IMG/VR virus record: IMGVR_UViG_3300042549_010246
Location: 20,706-84,705 of that record
Length of the DNA: 64,000 nt
DNA from: a virus
Direction: 5' to 3' (one strand)
Position 1 is the stretch's first letter, and each line of letters starts with the position of its first letter. The notes under the pieces were generated by a model, which saw only the letters and a list, made by a program, of their open reading frames with translations, made no database searches and was not told the DNA's origin. The translations under genes were made by a program, and so were the position numbers. This document shows positions 1 through 10,317 of this stretch, piece by piece.

Positions 1-2
1 CT

Positions 3-815
3 GTTCAACCATTTTTAGCAAAAGAATATGGCGAAGAATTTGACCCTGCAATAGCCTTGGCTATATCAAAAGAGTATTCGGGACAAATATATAGAAACGT
101 AATTAAAGAGGCGCAAAGGCACGATTTGGTTGCGGACGCATATCCCACAGGAGGAAATCCTGATTGGCAGGAAATTGATTATAGGGTGGGATTTGAGCGG
201 TATAAAAATAAATATCAAGAGTATGTAAAAGCAGGTATTTTTAAAGGTAAAGAAGTAAAACCTGAGGCTCAAATTTTATTTCACTCGATGTCAATTAAGT
301 ACTATCAATATGAAATTTTTAATGAGGCCCAAAATATTTATAGATTAAATGAGATTGATAGAATTATAGCGAAGTCTCAATATTATGGTAAATTTATCGA
401 GTGGTGGATGAATTTTTGCGCAATGAAATTACGCGATTATATTCTTTTATTGAACACAAAAGAACCGAGAAAAGAAATGGAGTATATCGCTAAAGAAATG
501 AAAAACTTTTTGAGCGAATACGTTTATTACGTTAACAATAAAGCGGTAACAGATGAGGATAAACGATTTCGTGACCAAGCGATTTTCCGCTATATGGGTC
601 CTATATGTTCACAAGAATATTTATCCTTAAACGAACAAGTTTCGGGTGTTGATATCAAAATAAATCCTGATATCAAAGGATATATTAGTAATTTGATTAA
701 TGATGTTGCGATTTATGCTGAAAATGAGCCATTCCCAACACCCGCAGAACAAATTGAAAAAATGGATGCATTGGCAGAGAATTTATATAATGAATTGGAA
801 AGGGTAAACATATGA
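3..815 (+). CDS. hypothetical protein, 5'-truncated by window edge
   Basis: Frame is open from position 3 (VQPFLAKEYGEEFDPAIAL...) into the 57..815 ORF; stop overlaps next ATG. Confidence 0.75.
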   Translation, partial: VQPFLAKEYGEEFDPAIALAISKEYSGQIYRNVIKEAQRHDLVADAYPTGGNPDWQEIDYRVGFERYKNKYQEYVKAGIFKGKEVKPEAQILFHSMSIKYYQYEIFNEAQNIYRLNEIDRIIAKSQYYGKFIEWWMNFCAMKLRDYILLLNTKEPRKEMEYIAKEMKNFLSEYVYYVNNKAVTDEDKRFRDQAIFRYMGPICSQEYLSLNEQVSGVDIKINPDIKGYISNLINDVAIYAENEPFPTPAEQIEKMDALAENLYNELERVNI

Positions 816-1123
816 AAATAAGTCAAAATGCGTTTAAAACGCTACAAGAAATACTGAAAAACTTGCAAATTGCGAGCACGAATGGTGCTAAAGTATTGAA
901 CCTTTTGGTACTACAGAATCCAATTATCCCTGATACATTTTTCATTAAATATGATATTGAATATATGTCAGGGGGTGACAGAAAATTTGAACCACGCTTG
1001 ACCCAAATAACCGACTCAGGTGAGCCAATGGATATTAATGACCAATTCGACAATGTGTATCAGAGATACGCATTTTTAGGGGATTGTATCCCCGTTAATG
1101 TATCTGATTTAAAAATAAAATAA
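812..1123 (+). CDS. hypothetical protein
   Basis: 103-aa ORF, translationally coupled at both ends. Confidence 0.75.
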   Translation: MKISQNAFKTLQEILKNLQIASTNGAKVLNLLVLQNPIIPDTFFIKYDIEYMSGGDRKFEPRLTQITDSGEPMDINDQFDNVYQRYAFLGDCIPVNVSDLKIK

Positions 1124-4032
1124 TGGCTAATCGGGATAAATATAATTTTACACAGAAAACAGACGATTGGGGCTCTATTTACTATCAGAATGTCCCATCA
1201 TATAGCAATACAAGTATTGGAAGTACAGGAAATGCTTATTTAATAAGAAATTTCCTTAAAACTTTTTTTCCATTTTTGGATGTATCTGTTAACAAAACTT
1301 CAGGTGGCTCAGTCAGTGTCAAAATGCTGAATTATGAAGTGAAATTCAAGTTTACTGAAAATGGAGTAAATAAAGAATTTTTACTTAATCCAAGAGCGTT
1401 GGAGGATATTTTGGAACCACTATTCGAAGGTCAAGGATTCGATGGAATGACCGATTCAACATATTCAAAACCATTGCCTAAAATGTTGAATGATTTAGGT
1501 GATGATACGAGTTATGGATACAATTATCTTTTCATTGGAGCCAACAATCTTGATGGAATATATGAGGTAGAGTTAAATGCTAATATTTCCGTATCAGCAG
1601 CGTACCCATTTATTGTTGGACGTAGCAATGGTAAAATGGTTGACAAATATATTAAAATTCCTGAGAAAACTCAGGAGTATATAAGAAAAGTCGCTAATTC
1701 AATCAGCAGTTCACCGTCAACTCAAACCAATAAAAGTGATTTGGTCACTTTGGAAAAAGGGGATGCAAAATTATCATTGACGACTTTAGAACAAGAAATA
1801 ATCGATTTTTTGGCAGAAAATAATTCGGGTGTGGAGTTGATTACAATTCGTAATTTTTTCTTAGCGAATAAAAATTATGTAGACAGTGATGTTAATCGTG
1901 CGATAAGTAATTTGCTTCAAAAAGACTTAGTCGATAATAACCAAGTTAGTAATGTGGGATTACTGTATTATGTCACCACAAAAGGTTTGGATTATGTGAG
2001 TAATCCCGCTGTACAAATATTAGTGGAGGAGGCTACCCGAAATTTAACTGAAGACGAAGAAGATATTTTAAAATTATTAAATCGAGGCCCATCACTTACT
2101 CTAAACCAACTTTACCAATTTTTAACAATACCTGACCTACGAATAAATGATGGTGTAAAAGAGTTATTAAAAGATAATTTTATAGCATTTGTAGACCCCA
2201 CAAAAAAAAGACTCAAATATGAAATCACTCAAAAGGGTAAAAATGCCCTTCTGAATACATCGGCTTCACCCGCTGTACAAGCAGTAGTGGAAGAGGCCAC
2301 ACCCGTATCAAAGCCTATTCCAATGGCTACAGAAGGAGAAATGGCGAGTTTTAAATTTATAAGTCAAAACATCGACACGTTAAAGGATATGGAAAATAAT
2401 GACCCTGAGTTGTTCGATGCGCTGAGTCAAGGTATTAGATTGTTGCAAAAATTGACGGCAAATACGACGGGAGAACTTTTACCTTTCACACCTACAGGAG
2501 ACCAAGAAAAAATTGAATCCGCTTTAATGGATGATGATTTTGATTTGAATGAAGCAGACTTGGCAGAAATTGACTTGTCAGGAATTGAAGAAGATTTAGA
2601 ACTAAGTGATGATGAATTAGCCTTTACAGACCTTGGTGAATTCGAGGAGTTAAAAGATTTTGTAGAAAATGAATTAATGCCGAGTAAACCCCTGACACCT
2701 GAATTATATTCAGTTTTAACTGCAGTTGTAGTAGCAGGTATTGGCAAAGGTGATGAAGCCACAAAAAAAGACATTTTTGATTTAGCATCAAAGGAAAGGT
2801 CAAAAGGTTATCGAATTGACAATGCAGGCTTGAAACCCGAAGAAAACCAAATTAATAATTTGACTTGGGATTTATTCACGTTGGAGGAACAGGGATATGT
2901 AAATAGAAAGGCTGATAAAACTTTTGGTACAGTTTACTACAGTGTCACAGATAAGGGTGGTGAAGCAATATTGAAGTATCCTGAAGAACAAAAACAAGTA
3001 TCAAACGCACCTTTTGACATCGAAAATTTGAGTGCTCTTGAAAAAAATATTTTGCTCATTTTGGATAAGCCACCCGCTGCAGAAAAAGGAACATTGTATA
3101 ATGAAATGACCCTATCTGAAATTTGGGCAGAAGTGGATGAGACAATAGCGTCTCAATATAGTAGAGATTTGGTTGAAATTGCATTACATAATCTCATCGA
3201 CTATCAATTAGTTAATGAATTAAATCGTGTACCTGTAGAATACAGAAATTTTGATGATGCAAGGACAAATTCAACTATATCGGAATTAAAAAAGAAACCC
3301 ACAACTTTAACTCCGACAACATTAAAAATACTTCGAATTTTATACCGTTTTACAGGTAAATTATCCGCTGATAATATTAAAGATGATTTATCATTTGAAA
3401 ATGTTGCATTTCCTCATAAGGCAGTATTTAATCGTTTAATTGAATTGCGAGATATGGGATTAGTTGAAGAAACTAATACATCTTATGGAGGAATCGTGTG
3501 GCAAATTACACAGGCAGGAAATGAATATATCGATAAACTCCCAAAAGAAAAAACAGTAAATCAAATTAGGGAAGAGGAAAAACAACAGAAAGCCAAAAAA
3601 ACAGGCGATGGACTTGATTACGAATATTACTTGATAGCCAAGATTTTAAATGACGATACAGGATATCTCACTGCAGGAAGTGTAACAACAATTCTTCAAC
3701 AGCAATTCAACAAAACCCCAAAGTGGGATGAAAAGGAAATATTACTAAAACTTCAGGTTTTAGCGGCTTTAGGAGTGGTTGCATCATACATTCAGAACTC
3801 GGTTCCCTATTTTGAAATTAATGAATTAGGAGAAGACGTTGTAAAGTATTTAACTGAAAAAGATAATCAAGGTTTATTTAGTGCTACAGAAACGAAAGTT
3901 TCCTCACGACCATCTCCAACGGACAGTGCCACGATGTACAATGTAGGAACTATAAAAGTAGGTAATGACGGTAACAATTGGCAGATAAAAGAAAGTAAAA
4001 CAGGTGTCAAGCGTTGGGTAAAAATGAAATAA
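1123..4032 (+). CDS. multi-winged-helix protein (about 6 MarR/PadR-like wHTH repeats), acidic linker, short C-terminal GNDG module
   Basis: Repeated LTxxExxIL...L...G(L/Y)V...Y.(I/V)T.KG pattern (YYVTTKG, YEITQKG, YSVTDKG, WQITQAG, FEINELG). Confidence 0.7.
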   Translation: MANRDKYNFTQKTDDWGSIYYQNVPSYSNTSIGSTGNAYLIRNFLKTFFPFLDVSVNKTSGGSVSVKMLNYEVKFKFTENGVNKEFLLNPRALEDILEPLFEGQGFDGMTDSTYSKPLPKMLNDLGDDTSYGYNYLFIGANNLDGIYEVELNANISVSAAYPFIVGRSNGKMVDKYIKIPEKTQEYIRKVANSISSSPSTQTNKSDLVTLEKGDAKLSLTTLEQEIIDFLAENNSGVELITIRNFFLANKNYVDSDVNRAISNLLQKDLVDNNQVSNVGLLYYVTTKGLDYVSNPAVQILVEEATRNLTEDEEDILKLLNRGPSLTLNQLYQFLTIPDLRINDGVKELLKDNFIAFVDPTKKRLKYEITQKGKNALLNTSASPAVQAVVEEATPVSKPIPMATEGEMASFKFISQNIDTLKDMENNDPELFDALSQGIRLLQKLTANTTGELLPFTPTGDQEKIESALMDDDFDLNEADLAEIDLSGIEEDLELSDDELAFTDLGEFEELKDFVENELMPSKPLTPELYSVLTAVVVAGIGKGDEATKKDIFDLASKERSKGYRIDNAGLKPEENQINNLTWDLFTLEEQGYVNRKADKTFGTVYYSVTDKGGEAILKYPEEQKQVSNAPFDIENLSALEKNILLILDKPPAAEKGTLYNEMTLSEIWAEVDETIASQYSRDLVEIALHNLIDYQLVNELNRVPVEYRNFDDARTNSTISELKKKPTTLTPTTLKILRILYRFTGKLSADNIKDDLSFENVAFPHKAVFNRLIELRDMGLVEETNTSYGGIVWQITQAGNEYIDKLPKEKTVNQIREEEKQQKAKKTGDGLDYEYYLIAKILNDDTGYLTAGSVTTILQQQFNKTPKWDEKEILLKLQVLAALGVVASYIQNSVPYFEINELGEDVVKYLTEKDNQGLFSATETKVSSRPSPTDSATMYNVGTIKVGNDGNNWQIKESKTGVKRWVKMK

Positions 4033-4051
4033 AAAATAAAGAAATACGAAT

Positions 4052-7000
4052 ATGAATAATCAAGCAAAAATCAAACTTGAGAAGATAAAAAAACTGAAAC
4101 TCCCTGAAAAAGTAAGGGCTACAGCAGACAAAATTGAAAAAGGTTTGTCAAGTGAAGACGCGGCTACTCAAAAGAAGGCTGAAGATGCATTGAATAAACT
4201 TTATGAACAAATCAAAGCAGTTGCGGCTAAACAGCGCGAAGAAAAAACGGAAAAAGAAGTCAATGAAAAGACGATTGTTCCTCAAAACGCTGACATCGCG
4301 GCTCCTGAAGTTAAAAAAGAGTTAACAAAAAAAACCACGGTTGCAGATGAGATTATTGATAAGGCATTAAAAAACGACCCTGAACTTGCGGGATTTGGAA
4401 AATCAGATAAGCGCAGAGACGCGGGTCGTAAAGCACTTCCTGCGGGTAGACGTGTATCTAAAAAAGGATGGAAAAATCAATATGGTAAATCTGATGGTGG
4501 ACGTGTGTATTACGAAAACCGTGAAAACCGTAAAGACCGTAAAAGTCCTGCGTACAAAGCAGGATATCCTTTTTTGGCCAAAGGGGGTAAAATTCACCCT
4601 ATGGATGACGAAGACGGAACTTTTTATGTAAACCTTTACAAAACTAAAGGAGACCAAATTGTTTCAGTGGATGAGCGCGAATACAATTCTAAAGCATCGG
4701 CTATGACTTATGCGATGATGAAACGCGATTTTATGAAAGTTGGTGAAAGCATATTTGTTATGAATGATGACGGTGATGTGTTGTACACTTCAATCGGTAC
4801 CAAAAAAATGGCTATGGGAGGCAAATTCCCTTATCAAAATGCTCAAGTGGGAGATAATGCTCGAGTAATTCTTGACAATAAAATGGGAACTATTATGGTG
4901 GCTTATGGCCGTAGATTCCATTTGAAATTCCCTGATGGAACTGAAAAGACATATTCCGCTGAGGAATTGGAATTTTTTCCGACGGATGAAATGATGGCTG
5001 ATGGTGGTAATATTGGAAATCCAACATTCGTAGTTAAAAACTTAGACGGAAAAGTTGTTTTGAAAACTAAAAGTTTAAATAAAGCATCGGATTATCACGG
5101 TTTACTCGGTAGGGATACTCATACGGTTGAAACTCTTGACGGCAGAATATTGAGTGGTTCAAGTGATGATATGGCCGATGGTGGAATGATGCCTAATAGT
5201 GGTAAAAAATATGATTATTCTGAGTATTTCGACTTTAATGCTAAAGGTAATTTTGCATCTAATTTAAATGGTAAAAATTACGAAATAATTTATCGTGATG
5301 ACAAATCTAAAATGTATGATTTGTTTGAAGATGGGAAAAAGATAAAAAGTAGTATGTATGTTCTAAATTTAATGTTTTTTCCTGATGAGAGGAGGGAGTA
5401 TTTTCAAGGTACTATGAGTGATGATGCTTTAAAAAGTATTTTAGATTATGAATATCCTAATAATAGTTTTTCTGTTGAGTATGATTCAATATCAGGGACA
5501 AAAATTTATGGAGCAAAATCCAACCTTTTAAAGGCACAAGCCAAACTCAAAGATATTTATAAAATGAAAACCACATTGATGGGTGAAAATCAAATAGGTA
5601 AGAATTATTTATCCGTTCCTTCACAATTTGTGTATTTTGCTAAAGGTGGTATGATGGCCAAAGGTGGCTATATGGCGAAAGACGAAAATTATGAGTATGT
5701 AAATACATTCAACTATTATGATAGCAATGTTCCTGTACCTCAGGATGATTTTGAAAAATTGATTGATGCTTATCACAAAAAACTTTCAGGTGATAAACTT
5801 GATGAGGCCAAATACAATGTATTGAAAATTCAAATGGGTAACTATTTGGGCCATAAAACAGTTGACAAAATGGAAGAATACATTGAAAAAACACACAATG
5901 CACACAAAATGGCAAAAGGTGGCTATGTTTCCAAAAGAGATGTTGAAGCAATCACTATCATAAATCCAAATAAAAGTGATTCCGCAAAGAAATATTTGAC
6001 ATTTAAGAGTGGTGAATTCCTTAATGGATTAAATCAGTTTGAGAAAGGTGGAAAATTGATTGATAATTACACTTACATCAAGCGAGGTGATATTTTTGCT
6101 GTTTATTACAAGGACAAAACTAAAAAAGCCTATTTCCAAACTACGATGGAAGATAAACCTAAAAATGGTTTTTGGGTCAGCAAAAAGGCTTTAATTAGAG
6201 AGGGTGGAAAAACGCCAAGTAAGTCAAGTGCAACTTTTGATGCTTACGAATCATATGATGAATTATCCAAGTTGAATGGCAAAATTTGGGACAAATTAAA
6301 AATTGAAAGTGGCAGTCAAATTTATGCTTCGGACTCATTACAAAAGAAATTGGCTATTGAGTATCCAAATTCAGGTATTGATGCCAAATTCAAAAGTTTG
6401 AAAGCCGCTCAAAGAAAAAAAGTTGCTGAAGTTATGACCGATGAAAACGAGCATAGTTTACGTAATTATTTGACACTACGAGGATACCTTGGACCAAAAG
6501 AATATGACAGTTATGAAAGAATATTTGACCCAAAAAGTCGGTATGTATTAAATCCTGATAATTTCAAAAATTATACTGCTGATAAGGTGAAAGTTGGTTC
6601 AATTTTAACTACAAAAACAGGTACAAAAGTAAAGGTAGTTGAATACAATCCTCAATACGGAGTGAAGGCTATACGAATGGATGCGACTGCAGCCGATAAG
6701 CCATCTCAATATATAGAATTGTCAAAATTTAAAGGATTTGAAAAAATGGCTGATGGAGGTTCTATTGGTTTTGAGGCACTTTCCAAAAAAGTTGCATCGA
6801 GGTATGCGGGCAAAAATGTAAAGCCTAAATATCAAAAAGAATATGGAAAGACCTATGACAAGGCTGAAGCAAAAGAAGTCGGTGACAAAGTAGCGGCAAA
6901 AGTGTACCGTATGCAGCAAGGTAAAATGGCCTCAGGTGGTAAAATTGAATTGCCTCATCAATTGGACAAATACTTTACAAAGCCCGCAGGTACAATCGAA

Positions 7001-7336
7001 GTTGAAATGAGTAAATTAATTCCGATTCGTGCACGAAAAAGCGGTATTGAGAATGCAGAAGTGTATATGAAAAAGGCTTACGATGGCGAAATGTCGAAGC
7101 GTAAACCTATTGAAATTTACAAGACGCGCAATAAAAAGTATCGCGTGAACGATGGAAATAGCACTTTTGCCGTTGCTAAAAAGAATGGTTGGGAAACGAT
7201 TTATGCTACCGTAGTTTCCAATCCAAACGTCACAAAACGCGCGGAAAAAAGTACATTTACAATAGCAAAAGAAATAAGAAAAGCAGGTGAAAGTTGGTCG
7301 GATGCAGTTAAAAGAGTAAAGGAAAACAGAAAATGA
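4052..7336 (+). CDS. 1094-aa multi-module protein punctuated by [MF]xxGG motifs; C-terminal ParB/Srx-like domain
   Basis: About 10 xxxGG motifs; RKPIEIY...YRVNDGNSTFAVAKKNGWETIYATV resembles the ParB N-terminal DGxHR core. Confidence 0.65.
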   Translation: MNNQAKIKLEKIKKLKLPEKVRATADKIEKGLSSEDAATQKKAEDALNKLYEQIKAVAAKQREEKTEKEVNEKTIVPQNADIAAPEVKKELTKKTTVADEIIDKALKNDPELAGFGKSDKRRDAGRKALPAGRRVSKKGWKNQYGKSDGGRVYYENRENRKDRKSPAYKAGYPFLAKGGKIHPMDDEDGTFYVNLYKTKGDQIVSVDEREYNSKASAMTYAMMKRDFMKVGESIFVMNDDGDVLYTSIGTKKMAMGGKFPYQNAQVGDNARVILDNKMGTIMVAYGRRFHLKFPDGTEKTYSAEELEFFPTDEMMADGGNIGNPTFVVKNLDGKVVLKTKSLNKASDYHGLLGRDTHTVETLDGRILSGSSDDMADGGMMPNSGKKYDYSEYFDFNAKGNFASNLNGKNYEIIYRDDKSKMYDLFEDGKKIKSSMYVLNLMFFPDERREYFQGTMSDDALKSILDYEYPNNSFSVEYDSISGTKIYGAKSNLLKAQAKLKDIYKMKTTLMGENQIGKNYLSVPSQFVYFAKGGMMAKGGYMAKDENYEYVNTFNYYDSNVPVPQDDFEKLIDAYHKKLSGDKLDEAKYNVLKIQMGNYLGHKTVDKMEEYIEKTHNAHKMAKGGYVSKRDVEAITIINPNKSDSAKKYLTFKSGEFLNGLNQFEKGGKLIDNYTYIKRGDIFAVYYKDKTKKAYFQTTMEDKPKNGFWVSKKALIREGGKTPSKSSATFDAYESYDELSKLNGKIWDKLKIESGSQIYASDSLQKKLAIEYPNSGIDAKFKSLKAAQRKKVAEVMTDENEHSLRNYLTLRGYLGPKEYDSYERIFDPKSRYVLNPDNFKNYTADKVKVGSILTTKTGTKVKVVEYNPQYGVKAIRMDATAADKPSQYIELSKFKGFEKMADGGSIGFEALSKKVASRYAGKNVKPKYQKEYGKTYDKAEAKEVGDKVAAKVYRMQQGKMASGGKIELPHQLDKYFTKPAGTIEVEMSKLIPIRARKSGIENAEVYMKKAYDGEMSKRKPIEIYKTRNKKYRVNDGNSTFAVAKKNGWETIYATVVSNPNVTKRAEKSTFTIAKEIRKAGESWSDAVKRVKENRK

Positions 7337-8448
7337 AACTATTAAAATTAACTAAACAGGAAGTCGCAAAACTTCAAAAGCAATATAAATTTGGTTCTGA
7401 TTTGACCAAACAGGATGTAGTTGTCAAAATTTTTAATCCATATGGTCGCGGCAGATGGTATTTGGTAAACCAAGACCCTGATGACCCTGATTATATTTGG
7501 GCAATCGTAGATATGGGAATGGGACCTGAGGTTGGCTCGGTAAGTTTAAGCGAACTACAAAACTTTCGAATGCCTGTATATGGGTATAAATTTCCTTTGG
7601 AAAAGGACAGGTTTACACAACGGAACGCTGTTGAAGTGATTGAAGGATTACAGCGAGGAAACTATTTTGCAGATGGTGGTGAAATTAAGGTCAAAGTTGC
7701 ATCCAAAGATATTTACAACAAAAATCACTACAGGGGTATTTTTCAAGATTCCGATAAGGATGGTGTTCCTGACATAGATGATTTGCAGCCTAAAAATCCC
7801 AAATTACAGGGTGAAGTTGAAGAGTTAAAGTTTTCTCAAGTCTTTGAACGATTGCTCAGAACAAAAAAGTCTTTGGACAAAATTATGAGGGCGGCCATCG
7901 CAGAACTTGAAGCAATTTCTCCCGCAGGAAGCACAATTTATGCAAGAACTAAAACTCCATACTCAATTGTCAATAAATTGATAAATAAAAAGTCTACAAG
8001 TCTTGAAAGGACGAAGTTAGGCGATGTCGAGGGTTTGACGGATTTAATTGGAACTACGGTAGTTGTGAAAAGTTTGGATGACATTAATGATGTAGCAAAA
8101 GAATTGGATAAGGGAGTATTAGGTGAGATTTTGGAGAAAAAAGATTACTATGAAAAACCAAAAGCGGGATATCGCGCGATTCACTACATTACAATTTTTG
8201 AGGGTGTCGCGATTGAAGTTCAATTAAAAACTTATCGTCAGAAAGAAATAAATGAGGCTTCGCACGAGGCTTATAAATATGAAAATCTTGAAGCGGACCG
8301 TTTATTGTATTTAACCAATTTGGCAAATGAGGCTGACAAAGGAAATAGAAAAGCACAACTTGCAATTGACAAGATATTCCTTGATAAAAAAGCATTGAAG
8401 GAATCTTTGTACAAGGACAAAATCAGACGAAATAAATTACCTTCGTAA
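7333..8448 (+). CDS. DUF2958-like domain fused to RelA/SpoT-type nucleotidyltransferase (small alarmone synthetase-like)
   Basis: N-term VVKIFNPYGRGRWYL...GPEVGSVSLSEL; C-term RTKTPYSIVNKL, DLIG, KDYYEKPKAGYRAIH, EVQLKT, SHEAYK. Confidence 0.8.
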   Translation: MKLLKLTKQEVAKLQKQYKFGSDLTKQDVVVKIFNPYGRGRWYLVNQDPDDPDYIWAIVDMGMGPEVGSVSLSELQNFRMPVYGYKFPLEKDRFTQRNAVEVIEGLQRGNYFADGGEIKVKVASKDIYNKNHYRGIFQDSDKDGVPDIDDLQPKNPKLQGEVEELKFSQVFERLLRTKKSLDKIMRAAIAELEAISPAGSTIYARTKTPYSIVNKLINKKSTSLERTKLGDVEGLTDLIGTTVVVKSLDDINDVAKELDKGVLGEILEKKDYYEKPKAGYRAIHYITIFEGVAIEVQLKTYRQKEINEASHEAYKYENLEADRLLYLTNLANEADKGNRKAQLAIDKIFLDKKALKESLYKDKIRRNKLPS

Positions 8449-8462
8449 TAAAATTTACATAT

Positions 8463-8894
8463 ATGAAAAAAATAACAGTTATCCTTCAGGAGAAAAATGT
8501 GAAATTGAACAGTTTACCTGAGAACATTCAGACAGCAATTGAAAATTCAATTAATTTGTATGATGACATTCAGAATTTGGAAGCAACATTGACCGAAGAG
8601 TCAACTGATGAAGAAAAGGCTGAATTAGTCGAAATGAGAGAGACCCACGATGAATTTAATGAATCTATCGTAGGTGCTATTGAAAATTTTCAGAAAGAAA
8701 CTGAGGCTAAGACAAAAGCCGAACAGAAAAACGACCAACCCCCAACTCCCCCACCTGCGCCAATAAACACACCCGCGCCAATTGGCGAAACTGATGAAAA
8801 GAAAAAAGGTTTTGGAATCGGAACCTTTATTCTCGGAGCGGCTGTATTGATTGCAACAGCGGGTGCAGTTAATATGATGAGAAACAAAAACTAA
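8463..8894 (+). CDS. C-terminally membrane-anchored protein
   Basis: Acidic helical N-term, Pro linker, hydrophobic C-terminal helix. Confidence 0.75.
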   Translation: MKKITVILQEKNVKLNSLPENIQTAIENSINLYDDIQNLEATLTEESTDEEKAELVEMRETHDEFNESIVGAIENFQKETEAKTKAEQKNDQPPTPPPAPINTPAPIGETDEKKKGFGIGTFILGAAVLIATAGAVNMMRNKN

Positions 8895-9103
8895 TGGAAA
8901 AATTACCCCAACACTACTTTGCATTTAATCCACAATCCGTCCGTTGGATGGATATGGTATTTGTAGCACCAATAATGATTTATGCGGGTGTCAAGGGTGA
9001 TTTTAAACCGTATGTTAAATTTTCTTTGATTGCTATTGGGTCTTTGACTTTTCTGTACAACGGCATTAATTATGTAACCAATTTACAAAACGGAGAGAAA
9101 TGA
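8894..9103 (+). CDS. small two-TM membrane protein
   Basis: Two hydrophobic segments; coupled start and stop. Confidence 0.7.
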   Translation: MEKLPQHYFAFNPQSVRWMDMVFVAPIMIYAGVKGDFKPYVKFSLIAIGSLTFLYNGINYVTNLQNGEK

Positions 9104-9393
9104 GTTACCGTATTACGAGATACACTTTTGAACAGGCCAAAAAATTGGGGGTGACGGTGAAGCCGTCTACGGTCCAAGGCAAAAAAATTGATGTGTTCAA
9201 AAACGGAACTAAAGTCGCTTCGGTTGGAGCAGTTGGCTACAATGATTATCCGACATTTATGCGATTAGAGCGCGAAAGAAAAGTTCCCGAAGGAACAGCA
9301 AATTTGCGTAGGAAAGCATATAAAATCAGACATCAAAAAGACAGGACCGTCCGTGGAAGCAATGGATGGTACGCTGATAAACTATTATGGTAA
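9100..9393 (+). CDS. small basic protein, DUF5754-like
   Basis: VGAVGYNDYPT...RRKAYKIRH...GWYADKLLW pattern (recalled family resemblance). Confidence 0.6.
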   Translation: MSYRITRYTFEQAKKLGVTVKPSTVQGKKIDVFKNGTKVASVGAVGYNDYPTFMRLERERKVPEGTANLRRKAYKIRHQKDRTVRGSNGWYADKLLW

Positions 9394-9545
9394 TGGACAA
9401 GAAATTAAAAGTAGTAATCGTAGCATCAATAGGTATTGCCGCAGTTTTGATTGGAGTGTCTTTACTCTTTATTCAAAGGGGTATTGACCGAAAAGCAATT
9501 ACAGAGGAAGACCGAAATGTTTTAAGACAAATTAGAATTTCGTAA
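9393..9545 (+). CDS. 50-aa membrane protein (not in ORF track)
   Basis: MDKKLKVVIVASIGIAAVLIGVSLLFIQRG...; ATG overlaps upstream TAA. Confidence 0.7.
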   Translation: MDKKLKVVIVASIGIAAVLIGVSLLFIQRGIDRKAITEEDRNVLRQIRIS

Positions 9546-9547
9546 TT

Positions 9548-10273
9548 ATGGAAATCAAAATACCCGCAATTCAAAAGGAGTGGAAAGTCCCATCCAATCA
9601 ACCACCTTGGAAAAACCAAGCAATATCTGTAATTAAGAAAATTAAAGCAAATTACAGTGTTCAAATGGCAAAAGCATCACAATATACAGGTGTTCCTGTG
9701 AATATTTTGGTAGCGTTTGCGGCTACGGAGAGTGGAGGTGCTTTGAATCAAACTTTAAATGGACCATCAAAAGGTATTATGCAAGTCAATCCGTCATCGG
9801 CTTGGCAGGCTTTATCTGACCAAATAAAAGTCGATACAATAGGTCGTTTTTATCCTTTGTATCAATTGGCACCAAATGCATTTGTTGTAAAGAAAGCGGT
9901 TGCTGCTAATTCTGTAGGAAAGGCTACTGATTATCTCACTTTGAAGCCTGTTTCTACGGCTGCGCCTTACCTTGGACAAAGAATGGTGGCAGATGCACAA
10001 TTCGCTATTTATATGGGGTCGTTATTGTTGGCTCAGTTAATTGCAGGAACTATTGCAAAAACAGGTCAGATTCGTCTTGACCATATTATTGTAAAGTATA
10101 ATGCGGGCACGGGTCGATTTAAACAGGTTGTAACAAATCGTGGTTTGGAAAGTGCGAGTGTGGATACCACCCAACTATACAGCAAATTAGGGATTCCTGT
10201 TTCTCAAGCGTACATTGTCAAGATGATGGGAATCAATGGATATTTAGATGTGCAAAAACAGGGATTGGCGTGA
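9548..10273 (+). CDS. lytic transglycosylase (SLT family)
   Basis: Catalytic ATESGG, GIMQV, YNAG motifs. Confidence 0.8.
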   Translation: MEIKIPAIQKEWKVPSNQPPWKNQAISVIKKIKANYSVQMAKASQYTGVPVNILVAFAATESGGALNQTLNGPSKGIMQVNPSSAWQALSDQIKVDTIGRFYPLYQLAPNAFVVKKAVAANSVGKATDYLTLKPVSTAAPYLGQRMVADAQFAIYMGSLLLAQLIAGTIAKTGQIRLDHIIVKYNAGTGRFKQVVTNRGLESASVDTTQLYSKLGIPVSQAYIVKMMGINGYLDVQKQGLA

Positions 10274-10309
10274 TAACAATAACGGCATTGAACTGTAGAA
10301 AAAAGTCAC

Positions 10310-10317
10310 TATTTTTG
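10310..10317 (+). promoter_or_regulatory. Bacteroidota-type -7 promoter element
   Basis: TATTTTTG (TAnnTTTG) in the intergenic gap before 10343. Confidence 0.45.
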
